Shown here piece after piece: positions 1-9,843 of a stretch of DNA of 64,000 nt. How positions within the stretch are numbered: the first letter of the stretch is position 1; every line of letters starts with the position of its first letter. The notes beneath the pieces were generated by a model that did no database searches, was not told the origin of the DNA, and saw only the letters and a list, made by a program, of their open reading frames with translations. Both the position numbers and the translations under genes were made by a program. Source of the DNA: Dermabacter sp. (GTDB taxonomy: Bacteria > Actinomycetota > Actinomycetes > Actinomycetales > Dermabacteraceae); contig JAUNTX010000009.1 of NCBI GenBank assembly GCA_030538475.1, forward strand, positions 9,618 through 73,617, in the 5' to 3' direction.

Positions 1-819
1 GCCCGCCCGGTGCAGGTTCTTCACCATCTGCTGCACCTCGCGGAACACGGCGGCCGGCCCCGCGGCCTGCGCCTCGGCGGTCGCGTAGTGCGGGTGCGGA
101 GCGAAATAGCTCAGGGTGTTGTAGCCCCAGTAGTTCGTGAGGCCGAGGCGCGTGAGGTGCACTTCGTCGAGCCCCGCGTGGATCGGCAAAAGCTCGACGG
201 CGGTGACGCCCAAGTCCTTGAGGTACGCGATAGATGCCGGGTCTCCCATCCCCGCGTAGGTGCCGCGCCGCTGTTCGTCAATCGCCGGATTGAGCGCGGA
301 AAAGCCCCGCACGTGCGCCTCGTAGATGACGGTATCGGCGTAGTCGATGGCGGGCCGGACGTCGTCGGCCATGAACGAGCGATCGGGGTGCAGCACGACG
401 CTGTGGATGCTCGTGTCGCGGTTGTCCTCGGTCGCGCGCTCGCGGGGATGCACGGGCCGCAGCTGCGAATCGACCCGGTGGTGAAACATCGAAGCGAACA
501 GCCCGGAGCTGTGATCCAGCCCGTGCGCGTACGGGTCCAGGAGGAGATGGTCGGGGTTGAACGTGAGGCCGCGTTCTGGATCCCACGGGCCGTAGGCGCG
601 CAGGCCGTAGTGCGTGCCTTCCGTCAAGCCCTCGACTTTTCCCCAGTGCACACCTTGATCTACGTGGGGGAGCGCGATGCGGCGCTCATGATCGCCGCTG
701 AGGACGCACACCTCGATCCGGTCCGCGCGCGGCGCCGCGATGGAATACGTACCGGTGCCGCTCGCATCCACTATCAGACCCGGGTGCGCGGGGGGAGGGG
801 GAAAAGTCACGAGAGACAT
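1..819 (-). CDS. glgX: Glycogen debranching enzyme GlgX (isoamylase family), N-terminal part; gene runs off the window start
   Basis: Minus-strand translation VTFPPPPAHPGLIVDASGTGTYSIAAPRADRIEVCVL…HYGLRAYGPWDPERGLTFNPDHLLLDPYAHGL…VIYEAHVRGFSALNP…NYWGYNTLSYFAPHPHYA matches GlgX/TreX N-terminal and catalytic motifs. The plus-strand ORF 10..967 is its antisense shadow. Start ATG at 819 or GTG at 810. Confidence 0.75.
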   Translation of the reverse strand, partial: MSLVTFPPPPAHPGLIVDASGTGTYSIAAPRADRIEVCVLSGDHERRIALPHVDQGVHWGKVEGLTEGTHYGLRAYGPWDPERGLTFNPDHLLLDPYAHGLDHSSGLFASMFHHRVDSQLRPVHPRERATEDNRDTSIHSVVLHPDRSFMADDVRPAIDYADTVIYEAHVRGFSALNPAIDEQRRGTYAGMGDPASIAYLKDLGVTAVELLPIHAGLDEVHLTRLGLTNYWGYNTLSYFAPHPHYATAEAQAAGPAAVFREVQQMVKNLHRAG

Positions 820-966
820 TCTCCCAGGAAAGGGGGAACAATGGTGGCAGGTGGACGGGGAACGGGGCGCACGTCTCAATCTTCGCCGTCCTATAGAGTG
901 GCGAGCGACGTGGCCGAGGCGCCTCTCGCCGGTCGGCCGTCGGGATCTCCAGGGAAAGTAGTGCGC

Positions 967-2052
967 ATGACTGTTCATCACCAGCCGCCGACGGCAGCGG
1001 GCGCAGCGCCCTCGCCCCAGCAGGCCCCCGCGGCCAGCGCGCCGGGCGCCTTCGCCCCGCCCAGCTCGGCCCTGACGGCCGAGGATCAGGCCCGGGCCCA
1101 GCAGATCGTCGCCCGGATTTCCGAAGTGTTCGCCTCGCGCGTCGTCGGCCAAGAGCGCTTGCGGCTCGCGCTGCTCACGAGCCTCGCCACGGGCGGGCAC
1201 GTCCTGCTCGAATCCGTGCCGGGCCTCGCCAAGACCACGGCCGCGCAGGCCCTCGCGAGCGCGATTGGCGGCTCCTTCCGGCGCATCCAGTGCACGCCCG
1301 ACCTCATGCCGAACGACATCATCGGCACCCAGATCTTCAACTACGGCACGAACGAGTTCACGACCCAGCTCGGGCCGGTCCACGCGAACATCGTGCTGCT
1401 CGATGAGATCAACCGTTCGAGCGCGAAGACCCAGTCGGCGATGCTCGAGGCCATGCAGGAGCGCCAGACCTCGATTGGCGGCGAGGTCTACCCTCTGCCC
1501 AGCCCGTTCATGGTGCTGGCCACGCAGAACCCCATCGAGGAAGAGGGCACCTACGTGCTTCCCGAAGCGCAAATGGACCGCTTCCTCATGAAGGAAATTC
1601 TCACCTACCCGCGGCCGCGCGAAGAGCACGAAATCCTTGATCGCTCGACCGCGGGCACGCTCGCGACCCCCGCGCGGACCTTTGAGTCCGTGAGCCTCGA
1701 GGACGTCACGTTCTTGCAGCGCGCGGTGGACCGCGTGTACGTGGACGATGCCGTCAAGCGCTACATCGTGGACCTCGTGTTCTCCACGCGCGGTTCCGGG
1801 CCCCGCCCCATCCCCAACATCACCCAGTCCGTTCGCGTGGGCGCCTCCCCCCGCGGCTCGCTGGCCCTCATGCGCGTCGCGCAAGCGCACGCCCTCATCA
1901 GCGGGCGGGACTACACGACCCCGGAGGACGTACGGGCGCTGCGCTACTCGGTGCTGCGGCACCGCCTCGTGCTCACGTTCGACGCCCTGGCCAGCGGCAT
2001 TACCCCCGAAACGATCATCGACGCCGTGTTCAACGCGGTGCCGCTGCCGTAG
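967..2052 (+). CDS. MoxR-family AAA+ ATPase with a Pro/Ala-rich N-terminal extension
   Basis: Motifs GHVLLESVPGLAKT (Walker A), LLDEINRSSAKTQSAMLEAMQERQTSIGG, VLATQNPIEEEGTYVLPEAQMDRF. In-frame ATG at 967; the longer frame back to 10 is antisense of glgX. Confidence 0.85.
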   Translation: MTVHHQPPTAAGAAPSPQQAPAASAPGAFAPPSSALTAEDQARAQQIVARISEVFASRVVGQERLRLALLTSLATGGHVLLESVPGLAKTTAAQALASAIGGSFRRIQCTPDLMPNDIIGTQIFNYGTNEFTTQLGPVHANIVLLDEINRSSAKTQSAMLEAMQERQTSIGGEVYPLPSPFMVLATQNPIEEEGTYVLPEAQMDRFLMKEILTYPRPREEHEILDRSTAGTLATPARTFESVSLEDVTFLQRAVDRVYVDDAVKRYIVDLVFSTRGSGPRPIPNITQSVRVGASPRGSLALMRVAQAHALISGRDYTTPEDVRALRYSVLRHRLVLTFDALASGITPETIIDAVFNAVPLP

Positions 2053-2067
2053 CCGCCGGGCGCCGCC

Positions 2068-2964
2068 ATGTCCACCTCACTGCTCACCCGGGTCAAGGCC
2101 AAAGTTGATCTGCACACCTCGAAGAAGGTGCGCGGGCTCATCGCCGGGCGCGGCCGCTCGATGTTCAAGGGCAGCGGCGAGGACTTCGACGACCTGAAGT
2201 ACTACCAGCCCGGCGACAAAATCTCCGACATCGACTGGAAGGCCACCGCCCGCAGCGGCGAGCCGCTCATCCGGCAGTTCAACGAGGAGCGCGTGCGCTA
2301 CCTGAGCATCGTGGCCGATACCTCGCAGGCGATGGCGGCCACGGCGGCGGACGGCACCCTGAAGCGCGATGCGATGGTGACGGCCGCGGGCCTCTTGTGC
2401 TACCTCGCCCAGACCCACGGCGACCTGGTCTCCCTCGTCGCCGGAAGCCCGTCTCGCCCCGCCCAGCTTCCCTCGCGTTCCTCCCGCGGTCACCTCGAGT
2501 TGCTCCTCAGGATGCTCGATACGGACACGGGCGCCGCCGGATCCGCGTCGGACCTCGACTGGCTGCTCACCCGTGCCTTCCGCGTCACGGGCCGCGCCAC
2601 CCTCATGACCATCATCACCGACGAGGCCCACCCCTCGCTCGCCCACGCGCACCTCTTGCGGCGCCTTGCCACGCGCCACGACCTCATGGTTGTGCGCATC
2701 CGCGACGCTGACCCGCTCGTGCGCATCGACCCGACCGCAAGCGTGATCGACGTGGCGGCACCGCGCGAGCTGGCCCGCCTCACCCGGGAATCGGCCCGCG
2801 TCCAGCAGGAGGTCGATGCGTTTCGCCGCCGCCGCACCGAGGAAATCACCGAGATGCTCGACGGCCTGCGCATCCCGAATGTGCTCACCGACGGCGACAC
2901 GAGCGTGGTGGACGACATCGTTGCTCTTCTTCGACGCCAGGGAGGGAAGAATGGACGACCTTGA
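2068..2964 (+). CDS. DUF58 domain protein (MoxR-associated)
   Basis: Motif GEDFDDLKYYQPGDKISDIDWKATARSGEPLIRQFNEER is typical of DUF58; it lies directly downstream of MoxR. Confidence 0.8.
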   Translation: MSTSLLTRVKAKVDLHTSKKVRGLIAGRGRSMFKGSGEDFDDLKYYQPGDKISDIDWKATARSGEPLIRQFNEERVRYLSIVADTSQAMAATAADGTLKRDAMVTAAGLLCYLAQTHGDLVSLVAGSPSRPAQLPSRSSRGHLELLLRMLDTDTGAAGSASDLDWLLTRAFRVTGRATLMTIITDEAHPSLAHAHLLRRLATRHDLMVVRIRDADPLVRIDPTASVIDVAAPRELARLTRESARVQQEVDAFRRRRTEEITEMLDGLRIPNVLTDGDTSVVDDIVALLRRQGGKNGRP

Positions 2965-3415
2965 GATCATCGAGCCCCCGCAGTACTCGTTCGCGTGGCT
3001 CATCCTCGCCGTGCTGTGCGTGCTCATCATCCTCACCCTCGTGATCCTCACCGTGCGCCTGACCCGGTACATCCTGGAACGCCGGGCGTATCGCGGGCGC
3101 CCCGACGGAGCCGAGGGGCTCAAGGCGGAGTTCTTGCGGATGATCAACGGGGCGGGCGAACGCCACGACCGAGGCGAGATCACCGCCCGCGACGCCCACC
3201 GCGAACTCGAAGCCATCATGCGGATGTTCGTCACCCGCACCGTCGGCCTCGACGTGCGCACCCAAGACGCCGCCACCCTCGAAGCCGACCCCCGCACCCG
3301 GCAGGTCGGCCGCCTCATCGCCGACATCCACGTGCCCGGGTACGCCCGCACCTCCGATGCCGCCCTGCACGCCTCGATGCAGCGCGCGAGGGCGGTGGTG
3401 CGCGCATGGTCATGA
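2951..3415 (+). CDS. Small single-pass membrane protein (DUF4381/BatE-like) of the MoxR operon
   Basis: MDDLEIIEPPQYSFAWLILAVLCVLIILTLVILTV… contains a TM helix. RBS GGGAGGGAAG precedes the ATG. Start overlaps the DUF58 stop and the stop overlaps the next gene. Confidence 0.6.
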   Translation: MDDLEIIEPPQYSFAWLILAVLCVLIILTLVILTVRLTRYILERRAYRGRPDGAEGLKAEFLRMINGAGERHDRGEITARDAHRELEAIMRMFVTRTVGLDVRTQDAATLEADPRTRQVGRLIADIHVPGYARTSDAALHASMQRARAVVRAWS

Positions 3416-4431
3416 GCCTGTGGTGGCTGACCTGCCTCCTGCTGATCCTCGCCCTCGTGGCGTGGGCCCTCGCCTACCTCAACCGCAAGGCCGTCCACGA
3501 ACGCCCCGTGATCGTGGCCAATACCGAGTTCATCGACCGCCTCCCGTCAGTCCAGCGCGCCCAGCGCACCTCTCGAATCCTGCGCATCCTCTCGCTCATC
3601 CTCACCGCGCTCCTCGTGCTCGTGAGCGCCGTCATGGCGGGCCGCGTGGCCAGCGAGCGCGTGGAAGCCCCCGACTTCGCGAACCGCGACATCGTGCTGT
3701 GCCTCGACGTGTCCGGCTCGATGATCACCTACGACGCCGAGATTCTCTCGACCTTCGCCGACCTCGTGGAGAACTTCAAGGGAGAACGCGTCGGCCTATC
3801 CATCTTTAACTCGACCTCGCGCACGGTCTTCCCCCTCACCAACGACTACGCCCTGATCCGGCGCGAGCTGGAAGCGGGAGCCCAAGCGCTCAGCTACAAC
3901 CCCGTGGCCCACCGCCTCGGCTCCGCGCAGTACTCCGAAGAACAGATCGAGGACTACTGGCAGTTCGTGGACGGCACCTACTCCGAAGTCATCCCGCCCT
4001 CGCTCATCGGCGACGGCGTGGCCTCGTGCGGGCAGCTCTTCGACCAGGCGGAAACCGAGCGCTCGCGGTTCATCGTGCTCGCCACCGATAACGAGTCCGG
4101 CGGCGAGGGGATCTACACGCTGCCCGAATCCACCGAAGCGCTCGTGAGCCGCGACGTGACCCTGTGGTCGTTCTACCCGGGAGCCGGGGCGTGCGGGGGA
4201 CCGCAGTGCGGCGACGAACTGAAGACCGAAAGCGAACGCACGGGCGGCCAGATGTGGTCCTCGCGCGACCCCGCGGCGATCCCCGCAATCGTGGGGGAGA
4301 TCCAGAAGGCGCAAGCGGTGGAGATGGGCGCGGTGCCGCGAGTGGTGCGCACGGACCACCCGGGAGTCGCGTTCGCGCTCACGCTCGTGCTCACCGTCCT
4401 GCTCGTCGGCGTGGGATGGAGGTCGCGCTAG
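3406..4431 (+). CDS. von Willebrand factor A (VWA) domain membrane protein, BatA-like
   Basis: Two N-terminal TM segments followed by DIVLCLDVSGSMITYD (MIDAS DxSxS) and a VWA fold. ATGGTCATGA start/stop overlap with the upstream gene. Confidence 0.8.
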   Translation: MVMSLWWLTCLLLILALVAWALAYLNRKAVHERPVIVANTEFIDRLPSVQRAQRTSRILRILSLILTALLVLVSAVMAGRVASERVEAPDFANRDIVLCLDVSGSMITYDAEILSTFADLVENFKGERVGLSIFNSTSRTVFPLTNDYALIRRELEAGAQALSYNPVAHRLGSAQYSEEQIEDYWQFVDGTYSEVIPPSLIGDGVASCGQLFDQAETERSRFIVLATDNESGGEGIYTLPESTEALVSRDVTLWSFYPGAGACGGPQCGDELKTESERTGGQMWSSRDPAAIPAIVGEIQKAQAVEMGAVPRVVRTDHPGVAFALTLVLTVLLVGVGWRSR

Positions 4432-5438
4432 TGTTCCAGCTTCAGCCCCTCATGCCCTGGTGGCTCATCGTCCTCGTGTTCGTGCCGCTCGTGGGCCTGT
4501 GCCTCGCGGCGCTCGTGCGCGGGAGGGGGCCGCGCATCGACTGGGTGCGGCGGCTCATCCTCGTCCTGCTCGTGCTGTGCGTGGCCGTGCGGCCCGTGAC
4601 GGTCCAGGAGTCGATCTCGACAGAGCGGATGAACGCCAACGTGTTCTTCGTCGTGGACCGCACGGGCAGCATGGCCGCGGAAGACTACGACGGATCCGAG
4701 CCCCGGATCGACGGAGTGCGCGCCGACATGCAGCAGATCATGAGCCTCACGGAGGGCTCGCGCTACTCGATCATCTCCTTCGATTCGGTGGCCTCGGCGC
4801 AGCTTCCCCTGACGACCGACGCGGGCGCCGTACGCGCCTGGATCGAAACGATGACCACGGAAACGACCGCCTATTCGCAGGGCTCCAACGTGGATCGCCC
4901 CCGCCGCACGCTCGAACGCGAAGTGGCCGAGGCCCGCGAACTGGACCCCGATTCCTCCGTGCTCGTCTACTACTTCACCGACGGGGAAAACACGGACGAT
5001 GAGGAGTCCGAAAGCTTCGCCGAGCTGCGCGGGCACATCGACGGCGGCGCGGTCCTCGGCTACGGCACCGAGGCAGGTGGCCCCATGAAGATCCGGGGTG
5101 GGCCCGATGCCGGGCAGTACATTCAGGACCCCGCGGGCGGCAACGGCCTCTCGAGGATCGACGAGGAGAATCTGCGGAGCATCGCGGAACAGATGGGCGT
5201 GGTCTACGAGCACCGGGTGGCCCCGAACGGGGGACTCGATGCGACCCTGCAGGGCGTCACGCTCGAGCCCGTGGCATCGGAGGAAGAGCAGGCCACCCCG
5301 AGTTTCGAGGACTGGTATTGGATCCCGGCGATTGCTGTCGCGCTCGTCGCCATCTGGGAGCTCGTGGCGCTGACTTTGCGCTGGCCGAGGCCCGTCGAGC
5401 GGGCCGATCTTGCCCAGATCACGAGGAGCGGACGATGA
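4416..5438 (+). CDS. VWA domain membrane protein, BatB-like
   Basis: TM helices then VFFVVDRTGSMAAED (MIDAS) and a VWA fold. Start overlaps the upstream stop; ATGA overlap with the next gene. Confidence 0.8.
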   Translation: MEVALVFQLQPLMPWWLIVLVFVPLVGLCLAALVRGRGPRIDWVRRLILVLLVLCVAVRPVTVQESISTERMNANVFFVVDRTGSMAAEDYDGSEPRIDGVRADMQQIMSLTEGSRYSIISFDSVASAQLPLTTDAGAVRAWIETMTTETTAYSQGSNVDRPRRTLEREVAEARELDPDSSVLVYYFTDGENTDDEESESFAELRGHIDGGAVLGYGTEAGGPMKIRGGPDAGQYIQDPAGGNGLSRIDEENLRSIAEQMGVVYEHRVAPNGGLDATLQGVTLEPVASEEEQATPSFEDWYWIPAIAVALVAIWELVALTLRWPRPVERADLAQITRSGR

Positions 5439-6307
5439 ATGCACGAGAGCGCCGAGCCGAGGCCCGAGTGTGGAGGCGCCGCGCGAGGCGAGGACGCAAC
5501 CACGGGCTGAACTCCCGCACCCTCCGGCTGTCCCGGCTCATCACCTTCGCAGTGCTGGCCGTCCCGCTGCTCGCGCTCGGGCTGCTCACCGGCAAGTTCG
5601 TCAGCATGCCGGTGCTCCAGGCCTATGCGCTCTCGGCCTACGGGGGCGGCGACTTCGCCGTGGCGGGGGAGCGCAGCGACCTCCTACAGCACGGCAACGT
5701 CTTCGAGCCCTACCTCCCGTCCCTCACGAAGGGCACGGCCCTCCTGGCCGCGGGCGATGCCACCGCCGCGCAGCCGCTCCTCGAGACCTCTCTGCAGGCG
5801 TGGACGAACGGCAGCGACCTCAATCAGCCCGCGCACGCCCAGTGCAAGATCCGCAACAACCTCGCGATTGCGATGACCATGAACGCCGAGGCGGCGCCGG
5901 ATGCGGCGGCGAAGGCCGATGCCCTGTACGCCGCCGAAGAGGTCCTGGCCCCGTGCATGTCCGGCGGCGGCTCGTCGGAGAACAACGAGGACCAGGAATC
6001 GACGGACGCCAACGGCGAGGAGATCCGCGAGCGCCGGGAGCAGGCCGATAGCGAGGCGGGCAATGATCCGCGCGAATCGCCGACCGACGAGGACTCGACC
6101 GGCGGGCAGGAAGAAAACCCCGAGAACGATCCCCGATACGCCGACCCGGAGGGAGAGGGTGAGGACGGCCAGAGCCCGACCCCCGATCCGGGAGAGCAGC
6201 AGCGCGAGGAAGAGCTTGAGCAGCGCAACAAGGGCACGGGCGATGGGGGCGATCCGGATGGCGACCAGGACGGCGATCCCGACGGGGGAGGAGTGAAGCC
6301 ATGGTGA
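5435..6307 (+). CDS. Membrane-anchored protein with a TPR-like region and a long acidic D/E/G-rich C-terminal tail (BatC/BatD-like)
   Basis: AGGAG RBS precedes the ATG at 5435. TM helix LITFAVLAVPLLALGLL; tail ENNEDQESTDANGEEIRERREQADSEAGNDPRESPTDEDSTGGQEENPENDPRYADPEGEGEDGQSPTPDPGEQQREEELEQRNKGTGDGGDPDGDQDGDPDGG. Confidence 0.6.
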   Translation: MNARERRAEARVWRRRARRGRNHGLNSRTLRLSRLITFAVLAVPLLALGLLTGKFVSMPVLQAYALSAYGGGDFAVAGERSDLLQHGNVFEPYLPSLTKGTALLAAGDATAAQPLLETSLQAWTNGSDLNQPAHAQCKIRNNLAIAMTMNAEAAPDAAAKADALYAAEEVLAPCMSGGGSSENNEDQESTDANGEEIRERREQADSEAGNDPRESPTDEDSTGGQEENPENDPRYADPEGEGEDGQSPTPDPGEQQREEELEQRNKGTGDGGDPDGDQDGDPDGGGVKPW

Positions 6308-7470
6308 ACGCTCGCGTGTACCTCGATCACGCCGCGACCACGAGCGCGCGAACCGCGGCCCTCGAGGCCTATCTCGAGGCGGCCCGCACGCTCGGCAATC
6401 CGTCGAGCCAGCACGCCTCCGGGCGGCGGGTGCGCGGCATCGTCGATGATGCGCTCGCCCACATGGCGCAGCTGCTCGGCGTCCCGGCCAGCTGGCTGAT
6501 CCTCACCTCGGGCGGCACGGAGTCCGACAACCTCGCGCTGCGAGGCCTCAGCGGCGCCGACCGCGCGCGCGGGGGCGCGGGCCGGATCGTGGGCTGCGCG
6601 ACCGATCATCCCGCGGTCGTGGATACCGTGCGGGACCTCGGGGGCGCCCTCGCGCCCGTCCACTCCACGGGGCTCCTGGACCTCGACGCGCTCGACGCCC
6701 TCGTGGCGCCCGACGATACCCACCCGGCGGCGGTGCTCGTGAGCGCCGCGCTCGTCAACAACGAGACGGGGATCGTGCAGGACCTCGCGGCTATTGAGGA
6801 GCGGATTCGGCCGCTTGGCGCCGTGCTGCACACCGATGCCGTGCAGGCGATCGGACACGTTCCGCTGCCCGACATGGAGCGCGTGCCGCTCGTCTCGATC
6901 ACGGGCCACAAGATCGGCGCCCCCGTGGGCGCGGGCCTGCTCGTCGCGAACCCTTCGGTGACCCTCAGCCCCGTCGGCACGGGCGGCGGCCAGCAGCGGG
7001 GAATCCGCTCCGGCACGCTCGATGCCGCGCACGCCGCGGCCCTCGCCGTCGCCCTCGAAGAAACGCTCGGCGCCCGTGAGGCCGAAGGGGCGCGCGTCGC
7101 TGCGCTGTCGACGCGTCTGCGCGGGGTGATCCGAGAGGCCGCCCCCGACGCGATCTTCACCGCCGAAGACGCGCCGCATTCGCCGCACGTGGTGCACGTG
7201 TGCATCGAGGGCGTCGATCAGGACGCTCTGCTGTTCCTCCTCGACCAGCGCGGCATCGACTGCTCTGCGGGCTCCGCGTGCCACGCGGGCGTCACGCAGG
7301 CCTCGCACGTGCTGAGCGCGATGGGCATGAGCGAGGCCCGCATGCGCGGGGCGGTGCGCTTCTCGCTCGGCCACACGAGCACCGATGCCGACGTGGACGC
7401 CCTCGCCGAGGTGCTTCCCGACGTGCTGCCGCGCGCCCGCGCCCTCGGCGCCCTGAACCGCTCCTCGTAG
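6301..7470 (+). CDS. iscS: Cysteine desulfurase (class V aminotransferase, IscS/NifS family)
   Basis: LDHAATTSARTAALEAY…GNPSSQHASGRR…LTSGGTESDN…ITGHKIGAPVGAGLL (PLP lysine motif). Lies upstream of mnmA, as in mycobacteria. Confidence 0.85.
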   Translation: MVNARVYLDHAATTSARTAALEAYLEAARTLGNPSSQHASGRRVRGIVDDALAHMAQLLGVPASWLILTSGGTESDNLALRGLSGADRARGGAGRIVGCATDHPAVVDTVRDLGGALAPVHSTGLLDLDALDALVAPDDTHPAAVLVSAALVNNETGIVQDLAAIEERIRPLGAVLHTDAVQAIGHVPLPDMERVPLVSITGHKIGAPVGAGLLVANPSVTLSPVGTGGGQQRGIRSGTLDAAHAAALAVALEETLGAREAEGARVAALSTRLRGVIREAAPDAIFTAEDAPHSPHVVHVCIEGVDQDALLFLLDQRGIDCSAGSACHAGVTQASHVLSAMGMSEARMRGAVRFSLGHTSTDADVDALAEVLPDVLPRARALGALNRSS

Positions 7471-7663
7471 CGGCCTCATAGCAGACTCGTAGCGGCCGGG
7501 CCGGGTGATCTTTGCCCGTCGGCCTGGGGCGCGCGGGGCGGCGCTCCGTACACTGATGGACGGTCGCCAACGCCCGCGTGTGCGGCGGGCCCCGGCGTGG
7601 CTGTACCGCGGGGCCGACGGCGGGCCCCGGGGATGGACGTGGAGTGAAAGGACGGTGGCGAGG

Positions 7664-8743
7664 ATGAAGGTGCTGGCCGCGATGAGTGGCGGAGTGGACT
7701 CCGCCGTGGCCGCTGCCCTCGCCGTGGAGCAGGGGCACGAGGTGGTGGGCGTCCACATGGCGCTCAGCAAGAACCGCGAGCAGACCCGCACGGGATCGCG
7801 CGGCTGCTGCACGGTCGAAGACGCCTCCGACGCCCGCCGCGCCGCCGACCACATCGGGATCCCGTACTACGTGTGGGACCTGAGCGATGACTTTCACGAC
7901 CTCGTGGTGAGCGACTTCCTCGCCGAGTATTCCGCGGGCCGTACCCCGAACCCGTGCGTGCGCTGCAACGAGCGGATCAAGTTCGCCTCCCTCATGGACC
8001 GCGCGCGCCTGCTGGGCTTCGACGCCGTGTGCACGGGCCACTACGCGTCCGTGCGCAACGAGGGCCCCGGCGGGGCGCGCTCCCTGCATCGCAGCGCGAA
8101 CGACGCGAAGGACCAGAGTTACGTGCTCGCCGTCATGGGGCCCGAGGGCCTCGCCCGCTCGATCTTCCCGCTCGGCGACTTCACGGACAAGGCGCAGGTG
8201 CGGGCGGAAGCGGACCGCCGCGGGCTCGGCGTGGGCAGCAAGCCGGACAGCTACGACATCTGCTTCATCGCCGACGGCGACACGCGGGGCTTCCTCGACC
8301 GCACCCTCGGCGAAAAGCCCGGGGACATCGTGGACGCCGACGGCGTGGTGCTCGGCCAGCATGGCGGCACGCACGGCTTCACCATCGGCCAGCGCAAGGG
8401 GCTCGGGCTCGAGCGGCCCGCGCCCGATGGGCAGCCCCGCTACGTGCTCGATGTGCAGCCGGAGACGCGGCAGGTGATCGTGGGGGCGGCCGAACTGCTC
8501 TCGACCTCGCGCCTGCGCGCAAGCGCGCTCGTCCTCTTCGAGCCGCTGACGGCGGGCGACGAGGTGACGGCGCAGATCCGTGCGCACGGCGAGGCGGTGC
8601 CCGCGCGGGTGGCTTCCGTCGGCGAGGACGACCTCGTGGTCGATCTCGAGCGGCCGATCCGCGGAGTGGCGCCCGGCCAGACCCTCGTGCTCTACAGCGG
8701 GGACCGCGTGCGCGCCTCGGCCACCCTCGAGGCGCGCGAGTGA
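7664..8743 (+). CDS. mnmA: tRNA-specific 2-thiouridylase MnmA
   Basis: [19 protein letters not shown] (PP-loop SGGxDS), [18 protein letters not shown]. Start chosen at the conserved MnmA N-terminus. Confidence 0.85.
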   Translation: MKVLAAMSGGVDSAVAAALAVEQGHEVVGVHMALSKNREQTRTGSRGCCTVEDASDARRAADHIGIPYYVWDLSDDFHDLVVSDFLAEYSAGRTPNPCVRCNERIKFASLMDRARLLGFDAVCTGHYASVRNEGPGGARSLHRSANDAKDQSYVLAVMGPEGLARSIFPLGDFTDKAQVRAEADRRGLGVGSKPDSYDICFIADGDTRGFLDRTLGEKPGDIVDADGVVLGQHGGTHGFTIGQRKGLGLERPAPDGQPRYVLDVQPETRQVIVGAAELLSTSRLRASALVLFEPLTAGDEVTAQIRAHGEAVPARVASVGEDDLVVDLERPIRGVAPGQTLVLYSGDRVRASATLEARE

Positions 8744-9843
8744 CCTCCGCGCCGGTGACTTCCGCTCCGATGTCCCTCGCTCCGGGCGGGGCGTATCTGC
8801 GGCTCGCGAGCGATGGCACCCTGCGGGTGTCCGGCGCGGGGGCCGACGGCGCCGATCACCGCATCGAGCGCCTCTCTCGCATGCGCGCGCTGCTGGGCTC
8901 CGGCGAGGAGCACGGCGTCGCCCCCACCCCGGCGCTCGCCTTCGGCGGCCACGGGCGCTACGACCAGAGCGTGCCCGCGAGCCTCGCGCACCTGCCGCTC
9001 ACGGGCGACCTGGCGCCCTACGGGTGGCGGATCGGCCCCGGTGCGAGCCACGACTGGCGCGAGGCGAGCCGCGAGGCGGACCGCCTAATGGACGCTGCCC
9101 GCATCGCCTTCTTCGGCTACGAGGGCCCGCTCCAGCTGACGCGGCTCGGTCCCGTCGCCCTCGCCTCCGCCACGTTTACCGCCGCGGGCGAGCGCGTCCT
9201 GTCGGATCCGGGGCTTCTCGCCGATCTCCCCTTCGTGCTGGCCGAGGCCCTCGGCCGTGCCGCCGGGAGCGTGCGGGCGATGGTTCCCGGCGCCGCGCCG
9301 CGGCTCCTGATCGATGAGCGCTCGGCCACCGCCGCGGTCCTCGGGCGCGTGCCCACCGCATCGGGGTACCGCACGTACGCGCCGCTCGGGCCCCGCCGCT
9401 TCGGCGAGCTCCTCGCGCCGCTGCTGACCGAAACGCACACGCACATCGAGGCCCCCGCGTGCGTCGCGCTCACGCCCCTGCACGACATCGTGACCGCGGC
9501 CCTCGACGCGGGCTCGCGGTCGCTTGCTCTCGATCCGACGGCCGGCGATCTTGCGAACCTCGGCCGCACGTGGGAGACGCTGGCTGCCGCCCGCGAATCC
9601 GGCGTAGAACTGACCTTTCTTGTGCCCGCGCACCGACTGCGCGAGGCGGGCATGCACGCCCTCACGGCCTGGCGGCGCCTCGGCTACGGGCCCCGGGAGG
9701 CGGCGGGCTTCGGCTTCGCCACGAGCCGCTCACCCCGCTCGGACCTCTCGCGCGCGCTCCCGCCCGAGGCCTTCACGACCTCCGCCGATCTGGACGCCCT
9801 GCGCCGCTATGCGGTCGAGGTCGTGGACACGCTCGCCGGTTAG
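8740..9843 (+). CDS. Conserved hypothetical protein; cobalamin-independent methionine-synthase (MetE)-like domain family that is syntenic with ligA in actinobacteria
   Basis: Sits between mnmA and ligA, as the Rv3015c-type gene does. GTGA overlap with the mnmA stop; ATG at 8770 is an alternative start. Confidence 0.5.
   Translation: MTSAPVTSAPMSLAPGGAYLRLASDGTLRVSGAGADGADHRIERLSRMRALLGSGEEHGVAPTPALAFGGHGRYDQSVPASLAHLPLTGDLAPYGWRIGPGASHDWREASREADRLMDAARIAFFGYEGPLQLTRLGPVALASATFTAAGERVLSDPGLLADLPFVLAEALGRAAGSVRAMVPGAAPRLLIDERSATAAVLGRVPTASGYRTYAPLGPRRFGELLAPLLTETHTHIEAPACVALTPLHDIVTAALDAGSRSLALDPTAGDLANLGRTWETLAAARESGVELTFLVPAHRLREAGMHALTAWRRLGYGPREAAGFGFATSRSPRSDLSRALPPEAFTTSADLDALRRYAVEVVDTLAG

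Noticed and set aside
10-966. The N-terminal 320 codons of the 680-aa plus-strand ORF 10..2052
   Set aside because: The translation is low-complexity Arg/Val/Gly-rich and exactly antisense to a well-conserved GlgX reading frame on the minus strand. The MoxR homology begins only at about 967.
5900-6300. Possible CRISPR-like or tandem DNA repeats
   Set aside because: The periodicity comes from coding Asp/Gly/Glu/Pro repeats in the acidic tail of the BatC/D-like protein. There are no spacer-repeat structures or cas genes.
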